64,000 nucleotides of DNA. Origin: Candidatus Poribacteria bacterium. Lineage in GTDB: Bacteria; Poribacteria; WGA-4E; JAJDTR01. The stretch covers positions 960,001 through 1,024,000 of the forward strand of contig CBDCTK010000002.1 in assembly GCA_965222225.1 (NCBI GenBank). Direction: 5' to 3'. The notes below the pieces were generated by a model, which ran no database searches, had not been told where the DNA came from, and saw only the letters and a program-made list of their open reading frames with translations. The position numbers and the translations under genes were made by a program. This document shows, one piece after another, positions 40,736 through 52,303 of the stretch (position 1 is its first letter; the number at the start of each line of letters is the position of its first letter).

Positions 40736-42073
40736 ATGAACTTCATAAAGAAACTCCCGCAAGTCCGACTCTTGGTGACAGACGCCGACGGTGTACTAAC
40801 AAATGGCCAACTCTACTACTCGGATAGAGGAGACGAGATAAAAGCATTCAATGTCCAGGACGGAGAAGGACTTAAGCAGATTAAACAACATGGTATTAGA
40901 ACCGCTATAATTTCGGGAAGAAGCAGCGAATCACTCCGAAGGCGAGCCCAAGAATTGGCTATAGATGACGTTCATATGGGTGTGAACGACAAACCCGCGG
41001 TATTAAAAGAGATTCTTGAAACCCATGTAATATCGGCAGAAGAAACATTATACATCGGTGATGATGTAGGAGATCTTGGTGCCCTCTTGTCTGTTGGACT
41101 CCGCGTTGCCGTCGCCGATGCACACGACCAAGTCAAGCGTTGCGCTGATTATGTAACGGCAAAACCCGGTGGCGCTGGGGCAGTTAGGGAAATATGCGAT
41201 TTGATTATATCAGAAAAGGAAGCACCGTCCGAAGGGACAAATGTGATGGGAAAAATCGTTCATGTCAGGGACATTAAGATAGGAGGCGGACTCCCGCTGG
41301 TGCTTTTTGCCGGACCTTGTGTCATCGAAAGTCGCGACCACGCACTTCAAATGGCAGAAGCGATTAAAAAGATTTCTGCGCAAACCGGCGTGCGTTTTGT
41401 ATTTAAGTCCTCTTATGACAAGGCGAATCGTTCTTCAATTGATTCCTACCGTGGGCCCGGGTGTGAGCAGGGCCTTCGGACTTTAGAAGAGGTCCAAAGA
41501 GAAGTCGGCGTACCGGTGTTGTCGGATGTCCATTGCGTCAACGAAGTTGACCTTGTGGCATCAATCCTTGACGTTCTGCAGATTCCTGCGTTTCTATGTC
41601 GGCAAACTGACTTACTGGTTTCGGCTGGAAAAACCGGAAAACCGGTAAAAGTCAAGAAAGGACAATTCATGGCGCCTTGGGACATGACGAACGTCATCGA
41701 GAAGATAGTGTCTACAGGGAACGAGCAAATCCTGCTGACCGAGCGAGGAAGTTCGTTCGGCTATAATAATCTGGTGGTAGACATGACATCCCTCCCGATT
41801 ATGAAGGAGACAGGTTTTCCTGTGGTCTTTGACGCTACCCACAGTGTTCAGCAACCCGGGGGGTTAGGAAAAAATTCGGGGGGACGGAGGGAATTTGTAG
41901 GGCATCTCGCAAGAGCGGCGGCGGCGACGGGAATTGATGCGTTGTTCATGGAGGTACACAATCGTCCTGATGAAGCGTTGTGCGACGGTCCGAACATGGT
42001 TAACCTAGAACAATTGGAATTGATACTTGGAACTGTCGTTCAGATAGATAGAGTTGTAAAAAACAACGTATGA
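40736..42073 (+). CDS. kdsA: Fused KDO8P phosphatase (KdsC) and KDO8P synthase (KdsA)
   Basis: N-terminal DADGVLT...GDDVGD...GGAGAVRE; C-terminal [26 protein letters not shown]. Confidence 0.9.
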   Translation: MNFIKKLPQVRLLVTDADGVLTNGQLYYSDRGDEIKAFNVQDGEGLKQIKQHGIRTAIISGRSSESLRRRAQELAIDDVHMGVNDKPAVLKEILETHVISAEETLYIGDDVGDLGALLSVGLRVAVADAHDQVKRCADYVTAKPGGAGAVREICDLIISEKEAPSEGTNVMGKIVHVRDIKIGGGLPLVLFAGPCVIESRDHALQMAEAIKKISAQTGVRFVFKSSYDKANRSSIDSYRGPGCEQGLRTLEEVQREVGVPVLSDVHCVNEVDLVASILDVLQIPAFLCRQTDLLVSAGKTGKPVKVKKGQFMAPWDMTNVIEKIVSTGNEQILLTERGSSFGYNNLVVDMTSLPIMKETGFPVVFDATHSVQQPGGLGKNSGGRREFVGHLARAAAATGIDALFMEVHNRPDEALCDGPNMVNLEQLELILGTVVQIDRVVKNNV

Positions 42074-42341
42074 TCTCAAGGTTACGCTAATCCCAATCAA
42101 GGGAATAAGCTATTGGACGGTGGACAGTTACCGTTCTACAAAAGTAACCTCCGAATCCTCATTGTCAGTTTAGTTTTAATCCTATCTCAATCTTACCAGA
42201 GACCTAGCCGCTGTCGGTGAAGAATCCCCCCGCAAACTTCGAGAAAAGAACCTCCTCTCTTCTGTTAGCAGCGTGGGCTCCAACACCGGACGCCCTTCCG
42301 ATCAAGCCCTTCTCTCGCTGATGAAGTTGAACCCAAAGTGT

Positions 42342-42824
42342 TTAAACTCGAATTACCCAAGAAAGGGCTTGCTCAGAACACCGTGTTGCTCCGCCCATAG
42401 GTTCGAGAAATTCCGTTAGACAGTAGCATGCCTTTATCCCAACTCGTGGCAGACAGGCGTGGCGAAGATCGTTTGAGATGCCGATGTCACGGTGCCACTC
42501 CTTCGCAGGGATTGATTCGTGCGGCTTTTTGTAAATGAGCGTCGCTGTATGAAGATGTATGTTGCTACTCAGAAGCTGCACAATAAGCGGTACAACGCGT
42601 GAATTGGAAATTAACGGGTCGAAAGCGGCCTCGCGGACAACGCCTTCACGCCGATACGCATAGACGTTATCTGGATGTGGATCGTCCGTGGTTGCTTTCA
42701 TCAATCGATCCGAGGCATCAATCAAGCGTTCGATAATCTTCAAATAAATTGCCTGTGGGATAACCAAGAAACCATCTGCTTCAAAGTCACGACACTGCTT
42801 ATCAGTCAGTCGGACGAAATCAAT
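42342..42824 (-). pseudogene. Truncated phytanoyl-CoA dioxygenase family gene
   Basis: LTDKQCRDFEADGFLVIP, WHRD; no ATG after the RBS (ATT instead); C-terminal half missing. Confidence 0.7.
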
Positions 42825-43140
42825 TAGTTGAAGCCTTTCCTTTATGAGTCGTTTTCACAGTTGATTTACGGTAAAACCGAAATTATCAGGTCACAGGAAT
42901 TTACGCGGTTATCATGGGCTCTTATGGCACTAGGAGGTAATCAGCAACTCCTTCGATTCGATTGTTCGAAAGTTTTTGAAATGCCATTCAGTCTGCGAAC
43001 GCGATGTTGGAGGTTTACACGTCCTTCGGAAGAAGGCTAAAATGCACCTTACCGGCTGTCTGCTCATGTGTTCTCGTCTATAATGCAGTTAGCCATTCAA
43101 TTTAGCCGGCTACATTTCTTCACGCCATGAACCGTTCTCC

Positions 43141-44541
43141 TCACACTTTTAGTCCGAGAATGCGATCTACTGTATTAAGCGCCTCCCTTACGCAATCCGG
43201 GATACCCGAACCGCGGTATGCGCTACCGGTAAGAAACAGACCCGGGATTGTGTCGGCGAGTGCCTCTATCCTAGCGACGCGATCTAGATGCCCAACATCG
43301 TATTGCGGACGACCTCGCGGCCAACGATGGATTCGCTGAAGAATCGGATCGGCAGTAATTCCCATAATATCACCGATTTCACGACGTACTACCTGTATTA
43401 ACTCACTATCATCTAAGGATATTATGTCCTCTTGGCCAGGTCCCCCAACAAAAACCCGTATCAACACGCTATCGTCTGGTGCACGGTGCTGTAACTTAGA
43501 AGATGACCACGTACATCCTGAAATAGATCGACCTTCTGATCTCGGAACTAGGAATCCGAACCCGTTCAGCTCATGTTGGTTTGCGACCTCCGCCTTTCGA
43601 TACCCCAACGACACGGTGCCTGAAGACACGTACCGAATTGTTCCAAGAATCTTTCCAAGTTGAGACGCAAACGGGGATACCAACTCGGCTGCTACATAGG
43701 CTGGCACCGCGAACACTAACACGTCAGTAAGAAACATCTCCTCCTGGCACCGCGTTACTTCAAACCTGTCACTTTGAGGTTGTACACGGGCCACAGGACT
43801 CCCTGTCCGTATGCTGCCGCTTAGATGTTTTGCCAGCGCTTCCACCATCTCGCCTAGCCCAAGTTTTAGGCTCTTGAACATTGCTGGCCGACTGCCTTTT
43901 GACGGTGGTTGTTTCCTTCCTTGCGCCCGCATTGCCCGAATCAGACTCCCGTGCTCCCGCTCCATGGTGGCAAAACGGGGAAAGGTGGTCAGAAGGCTTA
44001 ACCGCTCTGGATCAGCTTGGTGAATCGCCGCGAGCAGTGGACCCCCGATTTTATCGACTGCTTCTTGTCCGAACCGACGACGGATGAAATTTGCGAGGCT
44101 TTCGTCCTCAATTTCTTTACGTCGCGGGATAATTAAGTCCATGCCCATTCGGAGTTTTCCCCGGATGGAAAACATGGGCGATCGGACGAATGACATCAGT
44201 CGGGTGGGAAGAAGTGTAAAGTCGTTAGGAAAGGGTACGAGTTTGCCTTTTTGAAGCAGGAAGGTATGTCGTCGGTCATCGTTTGTAGAAATGAGTCGGT
44301 CTCCCAAACCGAGATCGTGGCAGAGTTGCACGCCCCACGGCTTTTGGGTCAACATCAAGTCTGGACCGCCTTCAATCACGAAATCTCGGACTCTTTCCGT
44401 GGCGATTTTACCGCCGAGATGTGGAGCGCTTTCGACGAGCGTATATTGAACCTCTTTGTTGTGTTCTCGGGATTTTTCTTGGAGATAAAATGCGGTCGCC
44501 AACCCCGAAATCCCGCCACCGATAATTGTTACATGAAGCAT
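43141..44541 (-). CDS. hemG: Protoporphyrinogen/coproporphyrinogen oxidase (HemY type)
   Basis: IIGGGISGL, EGGPD, GFGFLVP, PQYDVGH, GIPDC. Confidence 0.9.
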   Translation of the reverse strand: MLHVTIIGGGISGLATAFYLQEKSREHNKEVQYTLVESAPHLGGKIATERVRDFVIEGGPDLMLTQKPWGVQLCHDLGLGDRLISTNDDRRHTFLLQKGKLVPFPNDFTLLPTRLMSFVRSPMFSIRGKLRMGMDLIIPRRKEIEDESLANFIRRRFGQEAVDKIGGPLLAAIHQADPERLSLLTTFPRFATMEREHGSLIRAMRAQGRKQPPSKGSRPAMFKSLKLGLGEMVEALAKHLSGSIRTGSPVARVQPQSDRFEVTRCQEEMFLTDVLVFAVPAYVAAELVSPFASQLGKILGTIRYVSSGTVSLGYRKAEVANQHELNGFGFLVPRSEGRSISGCTWSSSKLQHRAPDDSVLIRVFVGGPGQEDIISLDDSELIQVVRREIGDIMGITADPILQRIHRWPRGRPQYDVGHLDRVARIEALADTIPGLFLTGSAYRGSGIPDCVREALNTVDRILGLKV

Positions 44542-44676
44542 GAAAAAACCTCGTGAACACAAGCTGGCGAATCCGGGACCCCTAAACCAACCAACAAGCA
44601 AAATCTAGAGTGTGAAGTGCGATCCGTTTTAAGCGATGGGTTGTATTGTCTGACTGCTGACCGCCTCAATTGATGA

Positions 44677-45885
44677 CTATGCCTCAACTTGCCAATAGTC
44701 TGGGTCATAGGCGGGCAATTCGCAGCGCAGCGGCTTATCCTCGCGAAGCCCAAGGACGTACCCAGCCTGCATCAGTTGATGGATTTGAGAGGTGCCCTCA
44801 TAGATTGTCGCGCTCTTACTGTTTCGGAGGTGGCGTTCGACGCTGCACTCATCAGAATAACCGTATGCTCCGTGAATTTGTACGGCATCATTGGCGGTAG
44901 CATTCGCGGATTCTGTGCAGTACCATTTTGCCATACTCGTTTCGCGGGTGTTGCGAATACCACGATTTTTTAAGTACGCCACTTTGCGTACCAGCAACTC
45001 ACCCAAATCAATGCGCTGTTGCATCAAGGCAATCATTTGTTGAACGAGTTGATGTTCGGCAATAGGCTTTCCAAAGGTTTGGCGCTCACGTGCGTATCGA
45101 ACACATTCCTGCAAGCATGCTTTCATCAATCCGACCGCTCCGGCAGCGACGGTATAACGGCCGTTATCTAGCGCACTCATGGCGATCTTGAAGCCCTCCC
45201 CCTCTTCGCCCAAACGATGGCTGTCGGGTACGGCTACGTTTTCCATTTTGATCCATCCGGTATCGCTAGCCCTTACTCCCATCTTGCCCGCAATGCCCCC
45301 CGTAGTCACCCCGTCCCAGCCGCGCTCTAGAATGAACGCGGTAATTCCACGTGTACCTTGGCTAGGATCAGTCTTGGCGAAAACGAGCATACGGTCAGCG
45401 ACGTTGGCGAGGGTAATCCAGGTTTTTTTGCCTGTCAAGATATAGTAACTGCCTTCTTTGCGTGCACGGCTGCTCATCCCGGAAACATCCGATCCACATT
45501 CAGCTTCTGTTAAACCGAAACAACCGATGTTCTCACCACGGGCTAGCAAAGGCAAGAAATGCTTCTTCTGTGCCTCGGTACCCCATTGAAAAATCGGCAA
45601 GGCGTGTAAACCCAAGTGAACAGCAATTGTTTCCCGCACGGAGGAATCTGCCCATTCTAACCCTTCCGATACTACGGCAATCGCCCCGTAATCCATACCT
45701 CCGCCACCATAACGTACGGGTAAGCACATCCCTAGAAATCCCTGCGCGGCTAGCTTTTGTATTAATTCACACGGAAACTTGGCTTTTCTATCATGTTCTA
45801 CGATAATGGGCATGATTTCATCTCGCGAGAAATCATAAACCTGTTTTTGGATAATTTTATGTTTTTCCGAAAGATCGAGATCCAT
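44677..45885 (-). CDS. Acyl-CoA dehydrogenase
   Basis: [32 protein letters not shown]. Confidence 0.93.
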   Translation of the reverse strand: MDLDLSEKHKIIQKQVYDFSRDEIMPIIVEHDRKAKFPCELIQKLAAQGFLGMCLPVRYGGGGMDYGAIAVVSEGLEWADSSVRETIAVHLGLHALPIFQWGTEAQKKHFLPLLARGENIGCFGLTEAECGSDVSGMSSRARKEGSYYILTGKKTWITLANVADRMLVFAKTDPSQGTRGITAFILERGWDGVTTGGIAGKMGVRASDTGWIKMENVAVPDSHRLGEEGEGFKIAMSALDNGRYTVAAGAVGLMKACLQECVRYARERQTFGKPIAEHQLVQQMIALMQQRIDLGELLVRKVAYLKNRGIRNTRETSMAKWYCTESANATANDAVQIHGAYGYSDECSVERHLRNSKSATIYEGTSQIHQLMQAGYVLGLREDKPLRCELPAYDPDYWQVEA

Positions 45886-45957
45886 GGGTTGGCTTTGTCT
45901 GGAAAAGAAATTACCTGGCAGGCAAGAGGTTCTCAGGATAGTCCAAATAGCTTACAG

Positions 45958-47211
45958 TTACCGCTCGCTCTTAAAATGCGCCGTTGTCATCAGGTACGCC
46001 CAAAATGCCGGATCGTTATTTTCTTTGAATCTTGTTCGCATCAATTTGTCCGGCATGAAAAGTGAGGCGCCAAGCGTAAAGCAGAGAACTTTGTGATAAC
46101 GATAGAGAACGGTTATATCGACCTCTCGTCCATAGCTTCTATCGCCCATCATCCTTTTCGCGAGCATAAACTGATGTACATCTGCACTAACCGTTAGCTT
46201 ACTGTGTGGCACAACTTGGAATTTCACCATTAAATCCTGCAAACCTCTGTCCTGTGTTTGAACCGGAATATTCACGAAGTAATCCATAAACCCGTAAAAC
46301 TTGTGGGTCGTAGCGAACAGCGTGTTGAAGGCTTTGTAATTTTCATCCGTGGGTTCTCCGCCAGACAAGTAATCGTATCCGAACACAACACGAGACTTAT
46401 AGTCCACATTGAAAGTATGTCCGATTTCACCGGTTAACATAAATGCGGATACACGTTGGCGCTCTCCAGTTGAGGAATTATAACGTGTGCCGAACTGGAT
46501 GGCAGCCTCTACATCATAATCAATCGCATTGAAGTTTCCCGTGTCGTATGTGCCGATTGTGACTCGCTCGAGATCTGCGCCACGACTTTCGGTCTCTCTT
46601 CGATTCAATTCTCCCAGAATGTAGAGGTCAACACGGTAAGACTCCTTAGGTCGGTGAGAGGCGTATAATCCGCCAAAATAAAAGCCCGTGTCAGCGGGAT
46701 TTTCATAATCTGCACGTTGGACTATTTTTGTTCCGAAGATGTCCAAGGTGAACATCCCGCTGGGGGCATAGCGCAGTAACGTGCCATTAAAGGCTCGTCC
46801 CACATTATGCCAATCGACAGCACCTATCAATCGTTCCTCTGCATATGCCAGTTGCATACGTCCCATCTTGAGCGTCAGCTTCTGAGCAAAGAAATCTTCT
46901 ACTTGCAGATATGCTTGATGAAGGTCAACGTTGCGAAAGTTCGCAATTGTACCGTACTCAGCCCCGTAAACTCGCGAATCTTGCAATTGCATAAATGTTG
47001 AGATTTTCTCTGCAGGCTGAAAGGCCGCGTTGAGGCGAAACCGTAGTAGCGTACTCCGATTCGCAGGAGTATTATTATTAAAATCAGTGGCACCAAACTC
47101 CCCACGCGACCGAAATTGACCGGATAGCTTGACTCCATCCTTCGAAGATTCCACCCCTCTTGGAAAAATAATCGCAACAATAAACACTATGAACAAAATT
47201 CGAGACGTCAT
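45958..47211 (-). CDS. Alginate export (AlgE-like) outer-membrane porin
   Basis: LQDSR, DLHQAY, RLIGAVDW, HKFYGFMD. Confidence 0.8.
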   Translation of the reverse strand: MTSRILFIVFIVAIIFPRGVESSKDGVKLSGQFRSRGEFGATDFNNNTPANRSTLLRFRLNAAFQPAEKISTFMQLQDSRVYGAEYGTIANFRNVDLHQAYLQVEDFFAQKLTLKMGRMQLAYAEERLIGAVDWHNVGRAFNGTLLRYAPSGMFTLDIFGTKIVQRADYENPADTGFYFGGLYASHRPKESYRVDLYILGELNRRETESRGADLERVTIGTYDTGNFNAIDYDVEAAIQFGTRYNSSTGERQRVSAFMLTGEIGHTFNVDYKSRVVFGYDYLSGGEPTDENYKAFNTLFATTHKFYGFMDYFVNIPVQTQDRGLQDLMVKFQVVPHSKLTVSADVHQFMLAKRMMGDRSYGREVDITVLYRYHKVLCFTLGASLFMPDKLMRTRFKENNDPAFWAYLMTTAHFKSER

Positions 47212-47608
47212 ACCGATTCCTTTGAATTCAACGAGCCCCAAACCTAGACCGTCACGGACTCGCGTTTAATCAACCACAATGTAAATTCTTAAGCAAGATG
47301 ACGACTTGATCGCATCTCGGCTACAGTTGCCCTTATCCACTCCAAATTTACCGATGGCGCGGTGGTAGACGGCTGCATCATTATACTTACCTGCAAAAAT
47401 GATTGCAAGTCATTCTAGAAGCCCGAATCGAAAAAACGTCAACAGATTGATTTAGACAAGGGAGGAGATTGGGTAACTTGGAATGACACTCAACGAATGA
47501 ATTGTGGCACGTCTCCAAGCAAAATGGGTGCCCCCAAATGAGGATTTTACAACTGATTGAGAGGCATTGGAAGGCGATTTCGCTTGTACTTCAGCCTGAG
47601 TAGAGACA

Positions 47609-48376
47609 TTAACCCGTGGGGAGATGCCATTTCGCTGCAAGCCAAAGCAGAAAGACAGATGCCATAGAATAGAAACACGTCATCCATGACCACAACGGCA
47701 AACCCGCTATGGATGCGTTCGGATACCATCCAATAATGGATAACAGGACACTCAGGGGACTCAGGGAATTCCACAAGCTTAAGAGAACACCATCAAGGGG
47801 AAGCAACCGCAATGAAATAGGAGGGAGGAAGGTAATGAGTAGAATCGTTGAGAAGCTGCGCGCCCTCGCCTGAATAGAGTTCGCCGAAAGCGCAAAACAT
47901 ATTCCAATCATTGAAAAAAGCAATATACACGCGATATACACCAATAAACAGGTGAATAATTGATTAAGAGTTAAACCGCCGCTGTAGATTGAAAACCAAA
48001 ACAGGGGTGTGACGAGCCAAATCGACCAAAGAGCTGCAATAATGGAAGCGATGAGTTTTCCAGCCAATTGCTTCCAAGCACTAAGTGGACTTAGTCTGAG
48101 AAGCTCGAAATTGGCTCTTAGATTCTCAATCTGTACCGCTTCTATTGCTTGAAGTGGTACGACAAGACACAGCAACATTATGAAAAGAGCTATTACCAGT
48201 ATTGAGTAAATTCCGTAGCCAACATTAATTTGTGCGCCTTTTTGTGCATACGCGAATAACTCGAATGCGGCAATTAACAGTATTAGGGAAAGCAAACCTA
48301 TTATGAGTAGTTGAACTCGCCTGAACTTTCGTTGATTTGCATAGTAACGCAACTCTTTCGCTATCAGTGCAATCAT
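47609..48376 (-). CDS. ABC-2-type permease-like membrane protein
   Basis: IAKELR start, ELLRLSPL...GKL, six TM segments. Confidence 0.65.
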   Translation of the reverse strand: MIALIAKELRYYANQRKFRRVQLLIIGLLSLILLIAAFELFAYAQKGAQINVGYGIYSILVIALFIMLLCLVVPLQAIEAVQIENLRANFELLRLSPLSAWKQLAGKLIASIIAALWSIWLVTPLFWFSIYSGGLTLNQLFTCLLVYIACILLFSMIGICFALSANSIQARARSFSTILLITFLPPISLRLLPLDGVLLSLWNSLSPLSVLLSIIGWYPNASIAGLPLWSWMTCFYSMASVFLLWLAAKWHLPTG

Positions 48377-48476
48377 GTTACCGCCTACAACCGGGATTTT
48401 CTTCGGTCAACTTGGGTTGATAATATGTGTCCACTCCAATGGCGTGAAAATTTCAATCACCAATTAGCCCATGAAT

Positions 48477-49472
48477 CTACTTTGTGACTCCAACGGCTTG
48501 ACGTACCCTTTCTATAATCGGTATGGCAATGGTGCGCGCTTCCTCAGCACCCTTCACTAAAATCCGATCAATCTCATCCCGATCCGTCAGCAACTCATTG
48601 TATTTCTCGCGTGCGCTTCCAAAAGTCGAGTCAAGCAGGTCAAATAGTTCACCTTTTATCTCGCCATACGCTAGACCACCTTGAATATACCGCTGCCGTG
48701 TTGATTCAACGTCGTCCGGCGAAGCGAAATGACGATAAATTGCAAATACATTACACGATTCAGGACCCTTCGGTTCCTCTGGTCGCTTGGAATCTGTAAC
48801 GATTCGCATCACCTGTTTACGCAACTCCTTCGGAGGCGCGAAAACGGGAAGGGCATTGTTGTAGCTTGCACTCATTTTGCGCCCGTCAGTACCCGGTATT
48901 GTCATGACCTCCTCTTTGATTGATGCCTCGGGAAGCACTAAGATGTCCCCATAATTTTTGTTAAATGCCGTAGCAATGTCCCGCGCCATCTCAAGATGCT
49001 GCTTCTGATCTAATCCGACCGGAACAACATGGCTCCCGTAAAGCAAAATGTCCGCAGCCATAAGCACAGGATAGTTGAATAATCCCATATTGATTTGCTT
49101 ATCGGGATCTCGCCCAGCCTTTAGGTTTTCATCTACAACGGATTTGTATGCGTGTGCTCGATTGAGCAAGCCCTTAGCGGCGAAACAGTGTAGAATCCAT
49201 GTCAACTCAAACACTTCGATTATGTCTGACTGACGATAAAATATGACCTTATCCGGATTTAAGCCTAAAGCCATCCACGCAGCCGCAACCTCATAGGTCA
49301 GCTGAATCAACCGCTCTCGATCCTTCACCGTCGTGAGCGCATGGTAATCAGCCAAGAAATAAAGCGCTTGATGATCCCGAGCCAATTCCAGTGCAGGTTT
49401 AATCATACCAAGGTAGTTGCCGATATGTGGTGCCCCCGTGGGCTTTATTCCCGTTAAAGCGATACGATTCAT
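48477..49472 (-). CDS. trpS: Tryptophanyl-tRNA synthetase
   Basis: HIGN, YPVLMAADIL, VGLDQKQH, KMSAS (KMSKS variant). Confidence 0.95.
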   Translation of the reverse strand: MNRIALTGIKPTGAPHIGNYLGMIKPALELARDHQALYFLADYHALTTVKDRERLIQLTYEVAAAWMALGLNPDKVIFYRQSDIIEVFELTWILHCFAAKGLLNRAHAYKSVVDENLKAGRDPDKQINMGLFNYPVLMAADILLYGSHVVPVGLDQKQHLEMARDIATAFNKNYGDILVLPEASIKEEVMTIPGTDGRKMSASYNNALPVFAPPKELRKQVMRIVTDSKRPEEPKGPESCNVFAIYRHFASPDDVESTRQRYIQGGLAYGEIKGELFDLLDSTFGSAREKYNELLTDRDEIDRILVKGAEEARTIAIPIIERVRQAVGVTK

Positions 49473-49532
49473 TTTGTTCTCCTTGCCGTATATTCCCAGT
49501 GTTATTCCATATACATTCGGTTCATTGGAAAC

Positions 49533-49570
49533 AAAAAAGCCGCGGGTATTAAGTTCACCTGCGGCTTTTT
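49533..49570 (-). terminator. Attenuator terminator upstream of trpS
   Basis: Minus strand GCCGCAGGT / ACCCGCGGC stem followed by T6; no gene ends here. Confidence 0.65.
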
Positions 49571-49598
49571 GAAGTTCTAGCGAGCTATAGATTCAGTC

Positions 49599-49691
49599 TC
49601 AATCCTCCAGTCGCACCTCCACCCCGCAGCCATAATGCCAAGGCCAAGTGTAAAATGGAACGCTAATAACGGTACAACTAAAGTATGACAT
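49599..49691 (-). CDS. Putative Trp leader peptide
   Basis: MSYFSCTVISVPFYTWPWHYGCGVEVRLED lies between the promoter and the terminator. Confidence 0.5.
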   Translation of the reverse strand: MSYFSCTVISVPFYTWPWHYGCGVEVRLED

Positions 49692-49734
49692 AAGGAGCTT
49701 AAAACCTTCTGTATATGATAATATCACTATCTCC

Positions 49735-49764
49735 ATTATACTTCGTGAGGAAGCTTGATGTCAA
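49735..49764 (-). promoter_or_regulatory. sigma70 promoter for the trpS leader
   Basis: TTGACA-18-TATAAT on the minus strand. Confidence 0.7.
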
Positions 49765-49862
49765 CCTATTTTATGGGACATCCTGACCAACGGCAGTTTT
49801 TGCTTTACCACAGCCAAATTATGTGCTAATATAGTTAGATAATATACGGAAAGAGGGCGAAA

Positions 49863-50666
49863 ATGCTCAGCCAAACTCAGGTTGAAGAGTTTCGTTTAAA
49901 CGGATTTTTGCTCGGAGAAAAAGTCTTAGACACCGATGAAGTTGGTGTGTTGCAAGAAGAGCTTGCGCGAGTCATTAAAGATCAGGACTCGCCTGTCGCA
50001 CAGCCTGTGAGCATAGTTAATCTCTCTCGTGAAGAAATGTCTCCTGTCTGGCAAATAGTGAATATTTGGCAGGCGAGCAATCCTTTTCGCCGATTGGTTC
50101 ACAATCCAAAAATGGTTGAAGAGATTGCACAGTTGACCGGAGCGGAAGAACTACGCATTTGGCACGATCAGATTCAGTACAAACCTGCCGAGGTAGGCGG
50201 GGTTAACTCATGGCACCAAGACTCTCCATATTGGCCAATCTTAAGCCCGAAGACAAGCCAAGTAACTGCGTGGGTTGCTTTAGACGACGTAGATGAATCA
50301 AATGGTTGCATGCGTATGGTGGCACAATCATACTTCTGGGGAAATCAAATTGAGTTTTTGCATACGGTCAAGGAGATAGATGCCATGCCTTCCAGTTTCG
50401 AAGGCAACGATATTGAGGTTAAGTTGTGTCCTGTGCGTGAAGGTCATGTCCACTATCACCACTCCTTAACTTGGCACGCTTCTCACGCAAACACGAGCAG
50501 GAATCCGCGCCGCGCGATTGGGATTCATTATATGACAAACGAAACGCGATATGATGCTAACGGCAACCATCTCATGAAGCCTTTTGTCGCCGTCCCAGAC
50601 GGGGAAAAACTGACGGGTACAGTTTTCCCTCTCGCTATGGAAAATAGGTGCCATGTCAATCTGTAG
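49863..50666 (+). CDS. Phytanoyl-CoA dioxygenase family protein
   Basis: WHQDSPYW, WVALDD, NGCM, HHSLTWH. Confidence 0.92.
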   Translation: MLSQTQVEEFRLNGFLLGEKVLDTDEVGVLQEELARVIKDQDSPVAQPVSIVNLSREEMSPVWQIVNIWQASNPFRRLVHNPKMVEEIAQLTGAEELRIWHDQIQYKPAEVGGVNSWHQDSPYWPILSPKTSQVTAWVALDDVDESNGCMRMVAQSYFWGNQIEFLHTVKEIDAMPSSFEGNDIEVKLCPVREGHVHYHHSLTWHASHANTSRNPRRAIGIHYMTNETRYDANGNHLMKPFVAVPDGEKLTGTVFPLAMENRCHVNL

Positions 50667-50783
50667 TACCCGACTAAAGCAACACGAATCTATGATTAGC
50701 GTGACTTGACCAATTTTTAGCGAGTTCGATCATTGCTTTCACGTCGTGAAGTGTAATTCATGAAATAGCGAAGTAAAAAAGTC

Positions 50784-51383
50784 ATGAATAGAGCGAGGGA
50801 ATGTATGCGAAAACATTATTGGGCGATGGGTGTCATGCTGGTAGCATTATCCTGCAACTTCATGATAGGATGTGCTATCCGTCAAGGTGCTAATGAGCCG
50901 GTTGGTGCACAAGAAGAACAGGTAGCAGTGGTCAAGACGAGGCAAGGAAAATTCGTTATTGAATTCTACCCCGATTCCGCTCCGGTAGCAGTCGAAAATT
51001 TCACAAACTTGGTTAGAAAGCGGTTTTATGATGGTCTTACTTTTCATCGTAGGGAAAACACAGAGAGCTTGAGCATCATTCAAGGAGGCGATCCAAACGG
51101 AGATGGTACGGGTGGCCCCGGTTATACGATTATTGATGAGTACACCAACCCCAACCAACGTCCCCATCTCAGAGGAACAGTTGCAATGGCACGAACAGGT
51201 GCACCCAATTCCGCGGGAAGTCAGTTCTACATCTGTCTGAGACCACAACAATTTCTCGACGGGCGGTACACAACATTCGGACAAGTGATTAAAGGCATGG
51301 AGGTCGTTGACAAACTCAGAGTCGGCGACGTTATTAAGACCGTACAATTGGAGGCGAGATCAGAATATGTCAAATCTGAATAG
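50784..51383 (+). CDS. Cyclophilin-type peptidyl-prolyl isomerase, probable lipoprotein
   Basis: FYDGLTFHR, IQGGDP, VAMAR, GSQFYI. Confidence 0.92.
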   Translation: MNRARECMRKHYWAMGVMLVALSCNFMIGCAIRQGANEPVGAQEEQVAVVKTRQGKFVIEFYPDSAPVAVENFTNLVRKRFYDGLTFHRRENTESLSIIQGGDPNGDGTGGPGYTIIDEYTNPNQRPHLRGTVAMARTGAPNSAGSQFYICLRPQQFLDGRYTTFGQVIKGMEVVDKLRVGDVIKTVQLEARSEYVKSE

Positions 51384-51963
51384 CAAACACGCAAGCGGTG
51401 TCATCTACCTTTCTGTCATTTGCGTAAGTGTGCTCTTGGCTACTGTATTTTTGGCGAGTTGCACACAGGAGCGAAAAGAAGCGCCGAAACCCAAAGCGCG
51501 TAAGACTAGAATTCAATCAGCCCCAAGAGAGAAACCGCTAGAGGCTGATATCCGAAATCTCACGGCTTTCATCAAGACCGACAAAGGAGATCTTGAGATA
51601 GAGTTTTATGCCGACGATGCCCCCCAAACGGCTAAAAACTTCGCGAAGAACGTGCGGCTGAAATTCTACGATGGTGAGCCCTTTCATCGTGTCGAGGCGG
51701 GCAAACTCATTCAAGCCGGCTCCGTTCAGTTAAATGAAACCATGCCGTTAGAAACGAGTAACCAACAGTATAAACGAGGGGCGGTTGCAATGGCGGGCGA
51801 CGGTGCAGAATCCCACGCTTCCGAGTTTTACATCTGTCTTGACACGCTTGAGACTGACGAACCACACACAATCTTTGGGCGAGTTGTCAACGGACTTGAT
51901 GTATTAGACAAAATTGAGCAGAATGACAAAATTGTGTCTGCAACTCTCCGTTCCAAAGAGTAG
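51367..51963 (+). CDS. Second, divergent cyclophilin-like lipoprotein
   Basis: LASC lipobox, FHRVE, VAMAG, SEFYI, HTIFGRV. Confidence 0.85.
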   Translation: MSNLNSKHASGVIYLSVICVSVLLATVFLASCTQERKEAPKPKARKTRIQSAPREKPLEADIRNLTAFIKTDKGDLEIEFYADDAPQTAKNFAKNVRLKFYDGEPFHRVEAGKLIQAGSVQLNETMPLETSNQQYKRGAVAMAGDGAESHASEFYICLDTLETDEPHTIFGRVVNGLDVLDKIEQNDKIVSATLRSKE

Positions 51964-52303
51964 ACGGTAGTTATAGAGCCTGAACTTTGCACGTTCGGAG
52001 GGTTACCTTTATGAACTCCGGCGTGTGGGAGACCTTTGAAATTACTCAACATTCGAAGAATGGCAGTTTTTCAATGTGAAAAGCTGAACACACGCGGTTC
52101 CAGAATCTGTTTGGCGATTAAGTAAACCGTTACTGGGTTGCTAGCACTTGGAAAAAGAGGCGACAGCAGGAGTGGAAACAGTCGGGTGAGAGACGGCTTT
52201 GAATGCATTCAAAATCGCTAACATAGTGAGGTGTTGCTCGCGCTAATTCATGAATGTGGATGAATAAATGGTGTAGCCTAGGATACCGCAAAAGGGGGCA
52301 TTA

